In this document: one piece after another, positions 1-8,962 of the stretch | Layout: the number at the start of each line of letters is the position of its first letter | How positions within the stretch are numbered: position 1 is the first letter of the stretch | From: a virus | Lineage: Duplodnaviria; Caudoviricetes | Direction: 5' to 3' (one strand) | IMG/VR virus record: IMGVR_UViG_3300024431_000003 | Span: 1 to 61,313 of that record | DNA: 61,313 nt | Program-made: the position numbers and the translations under genes | Notes under the pieces: generated by a model | Told to the model about the DNA's origin: nothing | Database searches by the model: none | What the model saw: only the letters and a program-made list of their open reading frames with translations

Positions 1-126
1 ACATCATCAGCAGCAATGGAACACTCGCTGGTCAGAATGACAGAACTCCGGCTGGATTCACATCAGAGCTAGATCATCTGTGGCAGTTTGATCACTTCTT
101 TGATGCACTCGCTGTCGTAACAGATG
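1..126. repeat. Terminal direct repeat, copy 1 (circular assembly overlap)
   Basis: Nucleotides 1-126 are identical to 61186-61311, and a CDS reads in frame across the junction. Confidence 0.95.
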
Positions 127-1313
127 TCATCGCTCATCCAGGTAGGAACCTGACGAACATAGATAGCACAGCAGAGACACCGATCTATCTTGGAACGGCG
201 ACGGCTTCTGGTCTTCTGATAGACTCCACCATGATCAGTGTCAGCGGAGGTATCGTCACACTCGGTCCGTACCTGTTCGCGTTTGGAAACGACGGAGGTA
301 TCTCTTGGTCAAACGTCAATGACCCCACGACGTTAGATGCTACGGCGAACGTCACGCAACAGAAAGTCGTTGCAGGGAAACCTCTTCGCGGAGCAGGTCA
401 AGGTCCGGCCGGATTGTTCTGGTCGTTAGATGCACTGGTTCGTGCGACGTTCGTTGGAGGGGGAGTTGTCTGGCAGTTTGATACGCTCGCCAATGAGATC
501 AGCATTTTGAGCAGTCAGGGTGTCGTGGAGTACGATGGAACGTTCTTCTGGCCTGGAGTAGACAGATGGATGATGTTCAATGGTGTCGTACGCGATATCC
601 CGAATGACTTCAACGTCAATTACTTCTACGACAACTTGAACTTCAGTCAGCGACAGAAGGTCTTCGGGTTCAAGGTGCCTCGGTTCGGTGAGATCTGGTG
701 GTGCTATCCACGCGGCACTGCGACTGAGTGTACTCACGCGGTCATCTTCAACGTGAAGGAAGGATACTGGTATGACACTGAGCTTCCGTTGGACATAGGA
801 ATGGAACCATCTTCATCATTCCCTGGAAGGACTGCTGGAGTGTTCGCGAAGGTATATAACAAGCCATTCATGGTCGATGCTCAGAATGCCGGTACTTTCA
901 GCACACCTTTATATACACTCTGGCAGCATGAGACTGGAGTGGATCGTGTGCAGATGTCAACCATCAACCCGATAGAATCGTTCTTTGAAACGGCAGAGAT
1001 TGGAATGCCGGTCGACGATCAGCAGCCGAACAACAAGGAATTGAGAGTGGCACGGATAGAGCCGGACTTCGTTCAGGCTGGTCCCATGACGGTCAACGTC
1101 CGTGGTCGTGTCAATGCGAAGGCTCCGTTCATTGAAGATGCTGCGCAGACAATCGTAGAGACGGCATCGTCCGGGACAGAAGAGACTGTAAAGATGAAGA
1201 CCATTCGGCGACTGATGAGCTTCAAGTTTACGAGCAACGTCCAAGGCGGCAACTATGAGTTCGGTGAAACACTAGCTCACGTTGAACCGACAGGAGAAAG
1301 GTTAGAGTCATGA
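1..1313 (+). CDS. 3' part of tail tubular/nozzle protein (P22 gp10-like, tail tubular protein B); gene starts at 60945
   Basis: The frame of 231..1313 is open back to position 3 and continuous with the ORF starting MPELPIKIRSMPGIKRDGT at 60945. Beta-rich sequence with an EIWWCYP motif, located between tail and ejection genes. Confidence 0.75.
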   Translation, partial: IISSNGTLAGQNDRTPAGFTSELDHLWQFDHFFDALAVVTDVIAHPGRNLTNIDSTAETPIYLGTATASGLLIDSTMISVSGGIVTLGPYLFAFGNDGGISWSNVNDPTTLDATANVTQQKVVAGKPLRGAGQGPAGLFWSLDALVRATFVGGGVVWQFDTLANEISILSSQGVVEYDGTFFWPGVDRWMMFNGVVRDIPNDFNVNYFYDNLNFSQRQKVFGFKVPRFGEIWWCYPRGTATECTHAVIFNVKEGYWYDTELPLDIGMEPSSSFPGRTAGVFAKVYNKPFMVDAQNAGTFSTPLYTLWQHETGVDRVQMSTINPIESFFETAEIGMPVDDQQPNNKELRVARIEPDFVQAGPMTVNVRGRVNAKAPFIEDAAQTIVETASSGTEETVKMKTIRRLMSFKFTSNVQGGNYEFGETLAHVEPTGERLES

Positions 1314-1546
1314 TACTCGATCCGACATACATGGACGTCATTGAATGGACTGATGAGATGGCGAAGTTCACAGAGATCGGTAACGGTACGACACAGAAAT
1401 TGTTAGACCCTGCTGAGTGGCAGAGTTGGGCGATGAACTTAATTGGTGATCCGGATGAGATAGGTAGAGATGCTCCGGTCCCATATGATTTTGATGACTG
1501 GCGAAAGTGGGCGTTTGCTTTCTTTCTAACACAAGACTTGATGTAG
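1310..1546 (+). CDS. Hypothetical virion-associated protein
   Basis: ATGA overlap with the upstream stop; Trp-rich 78 aa in the structural operon. Confidence 0.7.
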   Translation: MILDPTYMDVIEWTDEMAKFTEIGNGTTQKLLDPAEWQSWAMNLIGDPDEIGRDAPVPYDFDDWRKWAFAFFLTQDLM

Positions 1547-1564
1547 AACAAAGGTGGAACGGAT

Positions 1565-4039
1565 ATGACTTATAGAAAAGGTGGCGCGGTTCAGCTCGAA
1601 GGACCTGGAGCAGAGAAGCGAGGCAAAGAAATGACCGAGCAGATCGGAGCCATCGCTCAAGTCCCTGGAGGCCTTGAGATGCTGATGACGATCGCGGCTG
1701 AAGAGCTCGGTGGTCCGAAGGGTGGACAGACGAAACAACTTCGCCTCTACAATATGGGCGGAGAGGTCCATGGATATCAGCAAGGTGGTCTGTCGCAGAT
1801 CATGGATCAAGCGCAGAATGTTCAAGCAGCCGGTCGCGGTGATGACGAGATGCTCTTACACGTATCCCCTGAAGAGTATGAAGCGCTCACTGGGATGTGG
1901 GGAGAACCTGATATCAACCCGGATACAGGGATACCCGAGTATGGATTCCTGTCTAAGTTGTGGAAGGGAATTAAGAAGACAGTCAAGAAGATTGTCAAGT
2001 CTCCACTCTTTGCTTTCATTGCACCGATCGCGCTGAACATCTTTGCTCCAGGTCTAGGTTCAGCGATCGGTGGATGGCTCGGTGCTACCGGCAAAGTAGC
2101 CGCGACCATCGGAAATACTATTGTCCGCTCTGGCATCGGTGCGATCAGTGGCGGAAAAGCAGGTGCAATCTCTGGCGCGTTGAGCGGTCTGACTTCTGCC
2201 GGTGTCGGCGCCGACATCGGTAAGAAGCTCGGGCTGTCAGGTGCGACTGCGAGGATTGCCGGCGATGCGATCATGGGAGGCGTAGCAGGTGAAGGCACAG
2301 GAGTCGGGTTCAAACAAGGTGCGCTCGGTGCTGGGATGCAGTCGCTCATGGGAGATCCGATGCGCGCAATGGAGGAGAAGCTCACTGGTATCGGTAAGGA
2401 TATCTTCAGCCCACAAGGTGAGTTCGATGTTACTCCAGGTTCCATGACCCTTGATCCTAGTCAGCAGGATCCATTCGGCTTCGGATCTGAAACACTTCCG
2501 CAGACAACGCTGTCGGGAGCAGTGCTGGATAGTGGTGTTGGAGAAGTCTTAGATCCAAGTATGTGGGACAGAGCGAAGGGATGGATGGGAGAGCATCCGT
2601 GGCTCACAGCCGGAGGCGCAATCGCAGGAGCAGGAGCGCTCGGTCTGTTTGATACTCCGGGAGAACAAGGACCGCCGGACTTCTCGGCAGGACTGCCTCC
2701 AGGGTTCAATGACCCGTTGCCGAACCTGTCGTTTGACCGCGAGCAGATGCCGATCCAAGATTATTATAACTACGGTCGTGGAGAGGATGCCGGTGAAGCT
2801 CTGTTCTTCGGAAACAATGCTATCCCATCAACGACTCCTCCGGGAGCCGGTCCGCAAGCGTCCGCCGGTCCAGGTCCGGGAGGTCCGGGAGGTCCACAGC
2901 CGATAAGACTCAAAGGGATCTATGATAAGCTGAGGATTCCAAAGCTACAGGGAGAGGGTTGGACATACGATGAATCGACTGAGACAATGTATCCACCGGG
3001 GAGCTTCGGTCCTGTCGGTCAGTATGCTGCGATGGGTGGATACGTTCACGGCGGATACATCGATGAGTATGATCAAGGCGGATACGCTGAATACAAGCTC
3101 GGCGGTCTAGTTCGTAAGTATCAATCCGGCGGTCATGTTCGTGGACCGGGGACAGGTAGGAGTGATGATATCCCAGCAGTGTTGAGCGACGGTGAGTATG
3201 TGATAGACAGTGAGTCTGTCGCACTGCTCGGCGATGGTAGCACTGACGCCGGAGCGCGTCGTCTGGATGAGATGCGAGAGAAGCTCCGGAAGCACAAGGC
3301 GAAGAAGCTTGCGAAGGGAGGCTTCAGTGACGAAGCCAGAGAGCCGATGGAGTACATGGCGAAGGGTGGAAGGGCTAAGAAGAAGAAGTCTACGCGAGAA
3401 GCTAAGATCGCAGAGCTTATGAAGAAGGGTCTGTCTCGCCGGAATGCTACAGACTACGCTGATGGGTTCATAAAATCTAAAGATGGAAAGATGTACAACG
3501 TGAGGACGAACAAAGTAGTGGAGATGCAGGAGGGTGGATACGTTCCTCCGGATGAGAACCCGTACAAGAAAGGATCGGCGCGATACAAGATGTGGGAGCG
3601 CAAGTACGGCAAGAAGAAGGAAGAGAGCAAGGCTAAGGAGAAGACAGATCAGCTCACCACGAAAGAGACGGAGAGTCTCTTGGCGAAGGCAAGACGGTGG
3701 AAGAGCCGGACTGAACGTGAGCTTGAGAAGCTCGGCGAGAAGGCGGAAGGTGGAAACGTCAACAGGTCAGGGCTCCTAGCAATCAAGAGGCTCGCTTCTA
3801 AGCTGGAGTTCGCAATCACTTCCGGCAATAAGAAGCGAGTGAAGCAGATAGCAGACCAACTGAAGTCTCTGGATGGAGGTGGTGGAATTGAAGGCTTCGC
3901 TTACGGAGGTCTTGTAAGGAATCTTACAGACAACGACATCACGAATATTGCAGATGACCTTGGAGGGTTTAAGAATGATCGTGCGTTCATGCGCAAGTTC
4001 AAAGCGCGGATTAGAGAAGAATCTGCGAGGAGAGGATAA
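1565..4039 (+). CDS. Internal virion/ejection protein with about 13 xxGG motifs and an amphipathic/hydrophobic segment
   Basis: Contains INPDTGIPEYGFLSKLWKGIKK, Gly/Ala-rich hydrophobic helices and a GPGTGRSDDIPAVLSDGEYV motif; follows the tail nozzle gene. Confidence 0.65.
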   Translation: MTYRKGGAVQLEGPGAEKRGKEMTEQIGAIAQVPGGLEMLMTIAAEELGGPKGGQTKQLRLYNMGGEVHGYQQGGLSQIMDQAQNVQAAGRGDDEMLLHVSPEEYEALTGMWGEPDINPDTGIPEYGFLSKLWKGIKKTVKKIVKSPLFAFIAPIALNIFAPGLGSAIGGWLGATGKVAATIGNTIVRSGIGAISGGKAGAISGALSGLTSAGVGADIGKKLGLSGATARIAGDAIMGGVAGEGTGVGFKQGALGAGMQSLMGDPMRAMEEKLTGIGKDIFSPQGEFDVTPGSMTLDPSQQDPFGFGSETLPQTTLSGAVLDSGVGEVLDPSMWDRAKGWMGEHPWLTAGGAIAGAGALGLFDTPGEQGPPDFSAGLPPGFNDPLPNLSFDREQMPIQDYYNYGRGEDAGEALFFGNNAIPSTTPPGAGPQASAGPGPGGPGGPQPIRLKGIYDKLRIPKLQGEGWTYDESTETMYPPGSFGPVGQYAAMGGYVHGGYIDEYDQGGYAEYKLGGLVRKYQSGGHVRGPGTGRSDDIPAVLSDGEYVIDSESVALLGDGSTDAGARRLDEMREKLRKHKAKKLAKGGFSDEAREPMEYMAKGGRAKKKKSTREAKIAELMKKGLSRRNATDYADGFIKSKDGKMYNVRTNKVVEMQEGGYVPPDENPYKKGSARYKMWERKYGKKKEESKAKEKTDQLTTKETESLLAKARRWKSRTERELEKLGEKAEGGNVNRSGLLAIKRLASKLEFAITSGNKKRVKQIADQLKSLDGGGGIEGFAYGGLVRNLTDNDITNIADDLGGFKNDRAFMRKFKARIREESARRG

Positions 4040-5100
4040 TGCCAGTCAATGATTTTCTATTTGAAGGAAGACCGCCACCATCGGTTTCAACGTATGGTCA
4101 GACTGTTGAGTCTATGCCGAAGTGGTTGTCTGATTATACACAAGGACTGATCGCTCGCGCGAATGCAATCGGCGCCGAAGGGTATCAACCCTACGGAGGC
4201 CCGAGGATCGCAGACTTCACTCCAGAGGAAGAACAAGCGTTCGGTATGGTTGAAGAGAACGTCGGTGCCTATCAACCGTATCTTGATCAGGCCGGAGGTG
4301 TCCTCGGCGGAGGACTCAGTCAGGCATTCGGTCAGCTCGGTGAAGGAACTCGTGGGTTCCCCGGAGCGGTCGGCGAGTACATGGATCCGTTCATCGGTCA
4401 CGTACTGGCTCGCCAGAATCAATTGGCGCAAAGACAGTTCCGGGAAGAGACTCTTCCAGGTGTCGGCGATGCGTTCACTCGTTCTGGTCACTTCGGTAGT
4501 GATCGGATGATGGAGATGGCTGGCCGAGCGACGCGTGACTTCAGTGAGAACCTCACTGCTCAGCAACTCGCGGCTCTGTCTGGAGCATACGGACAGGCCG
4601 GAGAACTGTACGGTGCGGACGCAGGACGCAATCTCCAGGCAGCGGGAATCGCCGGCGAACTCGGCATACAAGGGTCACGACAGTATGGAGCGCTCGGTGA
4701 GATGGCTTCCCGAATGGGATACGGTGATGCGGCTGCTATGGAAGCAATCGGTCGGACGCAACGTGGTATGGAGCAGGGAAGCTTGGATCTTGCTTACGGT
4801 GACTTCAGGCAGCAGCGCGACTATCCACGGAACACGATTGACTGGATGTCCAGTGTTATCCGCGGACTGCCGTACGACAGAGCGAGAACAGAACAGTCCT
4901 ATGGACCGATGGCTAATCTGTCTTATCAACCTTCTCAGGCCAGTCAGCTCGGAAGTCTGTTCGCTACCGGCATGGGAGTCTACGATCAATTCAGGAATCC
5001 GGGCGCGAAGGGCGGACTCGTACAGTATTACGAGGGAGGCTTCGCAGAGAAGGAAGCTGATCCTCCGTACTGGAAACCTCAAGATGGATGGGAGATGTAA
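4039..5100 (+). CDS. Putative DNA ejection/pilot protein
   Basis: Gln/Gly/Ala-rich, with YQPYGGPRIADFTPEEEQAF and YMDPF motifs typical of podovirus internal proteins; start overlaps the upstream stop. Confidence 0.6.
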   Translation: MPVNDFLFEGRPPPSVSTYGQTVESMPKWLSDYTQGLIARANAIGAEGYQPYGGPRIADFTPEEEQAFGMVEENVGAYQPYLDQAGGVLGGGLSQAFGQLGEGTRGFPGAVGEYMDPFIGHVLARQNQLAQRQFREETLPGVGDAFTRSGHFGSDRMMEMAGRATRDFSENLTAQQLAALSGAYGQAGELYGADAGRNLQAAGIAGELGIQGSRQYGALGEMASRMGYGDAAAMEAIGRTQRGMEQGSLDLAYGDFRQQRDYPRNTIDWMSSVIRGLPYDRARTEQSYGPMANLSYQPSQASQLGSLFATGMGVYDQFRNPGAKGGLVQYYEGGFAEKEADPPYWKPQDGWEM

Positions 5101-6545
5101 TGTCAATCAGTCAAGAAGATCTTACTGCATCACTGGCTGAAGTCTTCGGCGGCGGACCATCGTCCCCCGAAGGAATAGACTACGCCAGACGCGTGATGGA
5201 ACAGGGTTTGAAGAGTCCTGGGATCCCACGAGATGTCGTAGAAGATGTACGAGGTCAGCAAGAAGACATCCTCGGTGCGCTACAGCAAGCTCGCGAACGC
5301 ATCATGGAACAACGTGCTGTGAGCAAGTCAGAGAAGTGGTTCGCGCTCGCGGCCGGACTCGGCGCTCCTACGAAGGCAGGAGGGTTCGGTGAGACTGCTG
5401 CGAACGTCGCTGAACAGTTCCAGCCTCTTGCAGCACGACAGAGCGAGTTTGATATTGGACGTGATGAAACATTGTCTAAGCTGGATATCGCAGAGGCAGG
5501 AGTCTTCGGTCCCGTCCATACGCTTCAGGCTGAGTTTGATCAACTGGAGTATGAGCAGACGCAACTGAACATGCGACAGGCGATGAAGACCATCGCTCGT
5601 GGGACGACAGGAGCCGGTGGAGCAGCGCGCGAAGCAAGGATCCAAGACCTGATACACGGATGGGGATACAACAGACCTGACGCGGCAGCGCTCGTTGATG
5701 GCTTCGTTGACATTGAGATCGTAGAGGCGACTGGGATGGCTCGGTTGATCAATGAGATTGACCAGTCTGTTGTTGAAGTGCCGATTGGTTCGCTTGAAGG
5801 GTACTTTAAGAACAGCCCTCGTGATTACCAGACTCCGCCTGGAGGGACATCAACTCCGGGAGAACAAGATCTTAGAACTGATGCTGAGATAGAAGCGGAT
5901 ATCTACGTTGGCAATATGATCAAGGAAGGCAGATCGATGTGGTCGATGGCTGCGCTAGGAACAGGTCCGATCTCCAGCATCAAAGCCGGACTGTCATTCG
6001 CATCCAGCTTATTCGGTGGTCCGGTCGCAACGGAAACGCTCATCGCACGACAGGGTCTAGTTATGAGAACGAAGCACTTAGTTGGAATCCTCATCGCCAA
6101 TGATAGCGCTCGCATGTCTATACCTTTAATAGAGATGACAATGAAAGAAGCAGCAACGTCGCCGGAGCTCATGGACACTGGTCCGATGATGCAAGCAAGG
6201 ATGATCGAGCTTGACGGATTCCTGTACAATCAATACGTGAAGGCAAGACAGGATGCCGCCGATCCCAACATCGGACACAAGCTTCGCGTCAAACAACAGA
6301 CAGTCGCTGAAGCATTCGGTACGTTCCTGCGCGATCTTGGTGTCCCAAGAGACCTTCGGCGCCGAGGATTGATAGTCCCAAAAGATTACATGGATCCGAA
6401 GAACTTCCCGGGTGAACTGCCAGAACTACCAGACTCTCCGCCGAAGAACCTAGGAATGTCACAGGGAGCGTGGGATGCAATGACCCCACAGCAGAAGGCG
6501 AGGATAACATTTCTACAAGAACAACTAGATAGGGAGCGAGAGTGA
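5100..6545 (+). CDS. Putative internal virion protein
   Basis: Long helical ORF translationally coupled (TAATG) within the ejection-gene block. Confidence 0.55.
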   Translation: MSISQEDLTASLAEVFGGGPSSPEGIDYARRVMEQGLKSPGIPRDVVEDVRGQQEDILGALQQARERIMEQRAVSKSEKWFALAAGLGAPTKAGGFGETAANVAEQFQPLAARQSEFDIGRDETLSKLDIAEAGVFGPVHTLQAEFDQLEYEQTQLNMRQAMKTIARGTTGAGGAAREARIQDLIHGWGYNRPDAAALVDGFVDIEIVEATGMARLINEIDQSVVEVPIGSLEGYFKNSPRDYQTPPGGTSTPGEQDLRTDAEIEADIYVGNMIKEGRSMWSMAALGTGPISSIKAGLSFASSLFGGPVATETLIARQGLVMRTKHLVGILIANDSARMSIPLIEMTMKEAATSPELMDTGPMMQARMIELDGFLYNQYVKARQDAADPNIGHKLRVKQQTVAEAFGTFLRDLGVPRDLRRRGLIVPKDYMDPKNFPGELPELPDSPPKNLGMSQGAWDAMTPQQKARITFLQEQLDRERE

Positions 6546-8962
6546 TGGCTGCTAATATGGAAGATCTTCAGGCTGAACTTGACCAGATCAAAGCGAACGC
6601 TGAAGAGCGATCAGGATTGGTACAAGCAGCAGAAGACCGATCGAAGTTCCTTGATGATCCGGTGAATGAGTTCGGTCACGGGTTCACGATGGGGATATCT
6701 AACTCGCTCGGCATCCCCGTTGATATTGTCAATGGCATGTTGAACGCAGTGGGAATTCAAGTAGACCAGCCTCTGGGGAGTGGCGATAGCATCCATGATG
6801 TCATGGCTGAGCTTCAAGGCTATCCCGAAGGATTGGAGTCGGAGCCAACGACAGTCATTGAAGGTGCCGGTGAAGCACTCGGCGTCGCTGCTATCATGAC
6901 TCCGGCTATGCTTGCTCCGTTCATGGATGCTGCGTTTGATCCTAACCTGACTGACAGGCAGAACGTGGAGTATGCGAAGTTCAAAGGTTCAATGCCGAAC
7001 GAGTACCCTCGTGGTCGTGCTGCTCGGGCTGCGTTCTTACTGAAGCAGATCGGTCAGCGCATTGCGAAGACAGCAGTTGAACAGCCGAAGACCTTCATAG
7101 CGTCTGAGGCTGCTGCTTCGATGGCTGCTGGTGCTGCGATGGAGTACACTGAACAGCTAGGAGCCCGTCCAGCCGAACAGATGGCAGCGGGACTCGGTGC
7201 TGGAATGATTGCTGGTCTATCTCCTAGTGCTCTCCCTCGCATGGCGAAGAATGCCTGGAGATGGGGGATGAAGAACTTCAATCCCTTCCGTGAGTCTGGT
7301 GCGATGCCACGAGCAGCCGAACAGATGCAGTTGAGGGTGGAAGATCAACCCGGAGCAGCAGAAAAAGTAGCTGGGATGCTCGACGAGACTGGCAAGATCA
7401 AGCCAGAGATGGAAGGACTGACTCCTGCTCGTGTGACTGGTGAAGAGCGGCTCATGGCACAGGAAGCTCGCGTACTGGCAGACGATGCTGTGCTAGATAA
7501 GCAAGTGCGCGACGACCTCCTCTCTGCGATCAAACGCGCCGAGGGAGAACTTCGTAGTCTGTACGGTACTCCGCGCGGGAAACAGAACTGGGAACAGGCA
7601 GTCTTTCAACGTGTCGCGCCGGATGGAGTAGAGATCACTCCAGGTACGTCCGAAGAAATGCTGGATCAACTCTATAAATCCTTCAAGCCTTTATACGCTG
7701 AGTTCAAAGGATGGCCGATCGTACCTAACCTAGTCGGCACTCGCAGGACAACGCTAGAGACTATGATCTTGAACGTCCCACAGACGAACAGGATCATGGT
7801 TGAAGAGTCTACCCGTCTTAAAGTTGGGCGCAGACTAGAGAGTATGATGGACGGCTTGACCCGTCGCCTGAAGACTATGAAGGGAGCAGGTGATACGAAG
7901 GTCTGGGACAGTGGTGATATCCTGGCATTCCGTTCTGATCTGCGCGGGGAAGCTCGCCGAGCAAGTTCACGCGGCGATATAGAAGCGGCAGACCTCTTCC
8001 GGATCGCAGAAGAGAAGGTGAGCATGCTACTGAAGACTCAGCTCAAGCCTGAAGTGCTGCAAGAACTCCAGATCGTTGATTCGTACTATCGCAATTATAA
8101 GATCGCTGAGAACGCAGTGTTCCGTGGAGCAGCCGGAGATAAAGGATTGACACCGGATGGTCTGCTCGGCGCACTGAGGGGATCAGCATCTTCGAAGGGA
8201 GCATACGCCAGAGGTGAGCAACTTGAGCTTCGTTCACTCGCTGCGTCTGGTCGTCCCGTTGCCAAGTTGCTCAACGATCCTGAGCGGCTTCGTCGCAGCG
8301 TAGCGAACATGACAGATGAGGATCTGCTCAATACTCAGCAGGACTTCTTTGAAACAGTGCTGCAGAAGTCTACGATCACCGATAGTGATGGCTTGGAAGT
8401 GATCTCCGGCATGAAGCTGAAGAAGGTCTTGCAGACCCTGGATGAATCAGCGCGAGCAGTACGCATGGATGATGACGCCATCGGTAGAGCTAATGAGATC
8501 GCTGACCGTCTGATCATGGCACAACGAAAGTCTCCGGCTGCTGTCGCGCAACTATATGAAGATGGACCGGCAGATATCCTTCAGCTCATTGCAACGATCC
8601 TCGGTGCGAAGCACGGACAGAAAGTAGCAGGACGAGGAATGGGAAGCAGTTTAGTTCTCGCCGGATGGTTCGCTAAGAAAGCTCGTGTCATGTTAGAGAA
8701 GCTCACAACGAATCAGGCGCGGGTAATCCTAGCCAGAGCGCAGACTGACCCCGTACTCTATGGGAAGCTCCTGACGACACCGACTAGTGAGCGTGTCTTC
8801 CAGGATGAAGCGACGCAGTACCTGAAGGTCTTCCTTGCGAATGTAGCGCAGCGAACGATGAGGGAAGAGAAGCAAGCTCAAGAGCCGGACACGAAGGCAG
8901 AGTACCGCAAAGAACTTGAGCGTCTCCGCAAAGAAGCCGAGGCACTGGGACCGACCTTCTAA
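6545..8962 (+). CDS. Large internal virion (DNA transfer) protein
   Basis: About 805 aa, helical, with a GIPVDIVNGMLNAVG motif and Ala/Gly hydrophobic stretches; genomic context. Confidence 0.55.
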   Translation: MAANMEDLQAELDQIKANAEERSGLVQAAEDRSKFLDDPVNEFGHGFTMGISNSLGIPVDIVNGMLNAVGIQVDQPLGSGDSIHDVMAELQGYPEGLESEPTTVIEGAGEALGVAAIMTPAMLAPFMDAAFDPNLTDRQNVEYAKFKGSMPNEYPRGRAARAAFLLKQIGQRIAKTAVEQPKTFIASEAAASMAAGAAMEYTEQLGARPAEQMAAGLGAGMIAGLSPSALPRMAKNAWRWGMKNFNPFRESGAMPRAAEQMQLRVEDQPGAAEKVAGMLDETGKIKPEMEGLTPARVTGEERLMAQEARVLADDAVLDKQVRDDLLSAIKRAEGELRSLYGTPRGKQNWEQAVFQRVAPDGVEITPGTSEEMLDQLYKSFKPLYAEFKGWPIVPNLVGTRRTTLETMILNVPQTNRIMVEESTRLKVGRRLESMMDGLTRRLKTMKGAGDTKVWDSGDILAFRSDLRGEARRASSRGDIEAADLFRIAEEKVSMLLKTQLKPEVLQELQIVDSYYRNYKIAENAVFRGAAGDKGLTPDGLLGALRGSASSKGAYARGEQLELRSLAASGRPVAKLLNDPERLRRSVANMTDEDLLNTQQDFFETVLQKSTITDSDGLEVISGMKLKKVLQTLDESARAVRMDDDAIGRANEIADRLIMAQRKSPAAVAQLYEDGPADILQLIATILGAKHGQKVAGRGMGSSLVLAGWFAKKARVMLEKLTTNQARVILARAQTDPVLYGKLLTTPTSERVFQDEATQYLKVFLANVAQRTMREEKQAQEPDTKAEYRKELERLRKEAEALGPTF

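Noticed and set aside
1-126. Biological direct terminal repeat
   Set aside because: It falls in the middle of a gene and its length is close to a typical assembler k-mer overlap, so it is more likely an assembly circularisation artefact.
3120-3300. Tape measure protein suggested by GPGTGRSDDIPAVLSDGEYV
   Set aside because: I recognised no tail tube or tail-assembly chaperone genes, and the context is podovirus-like ejection proteins.
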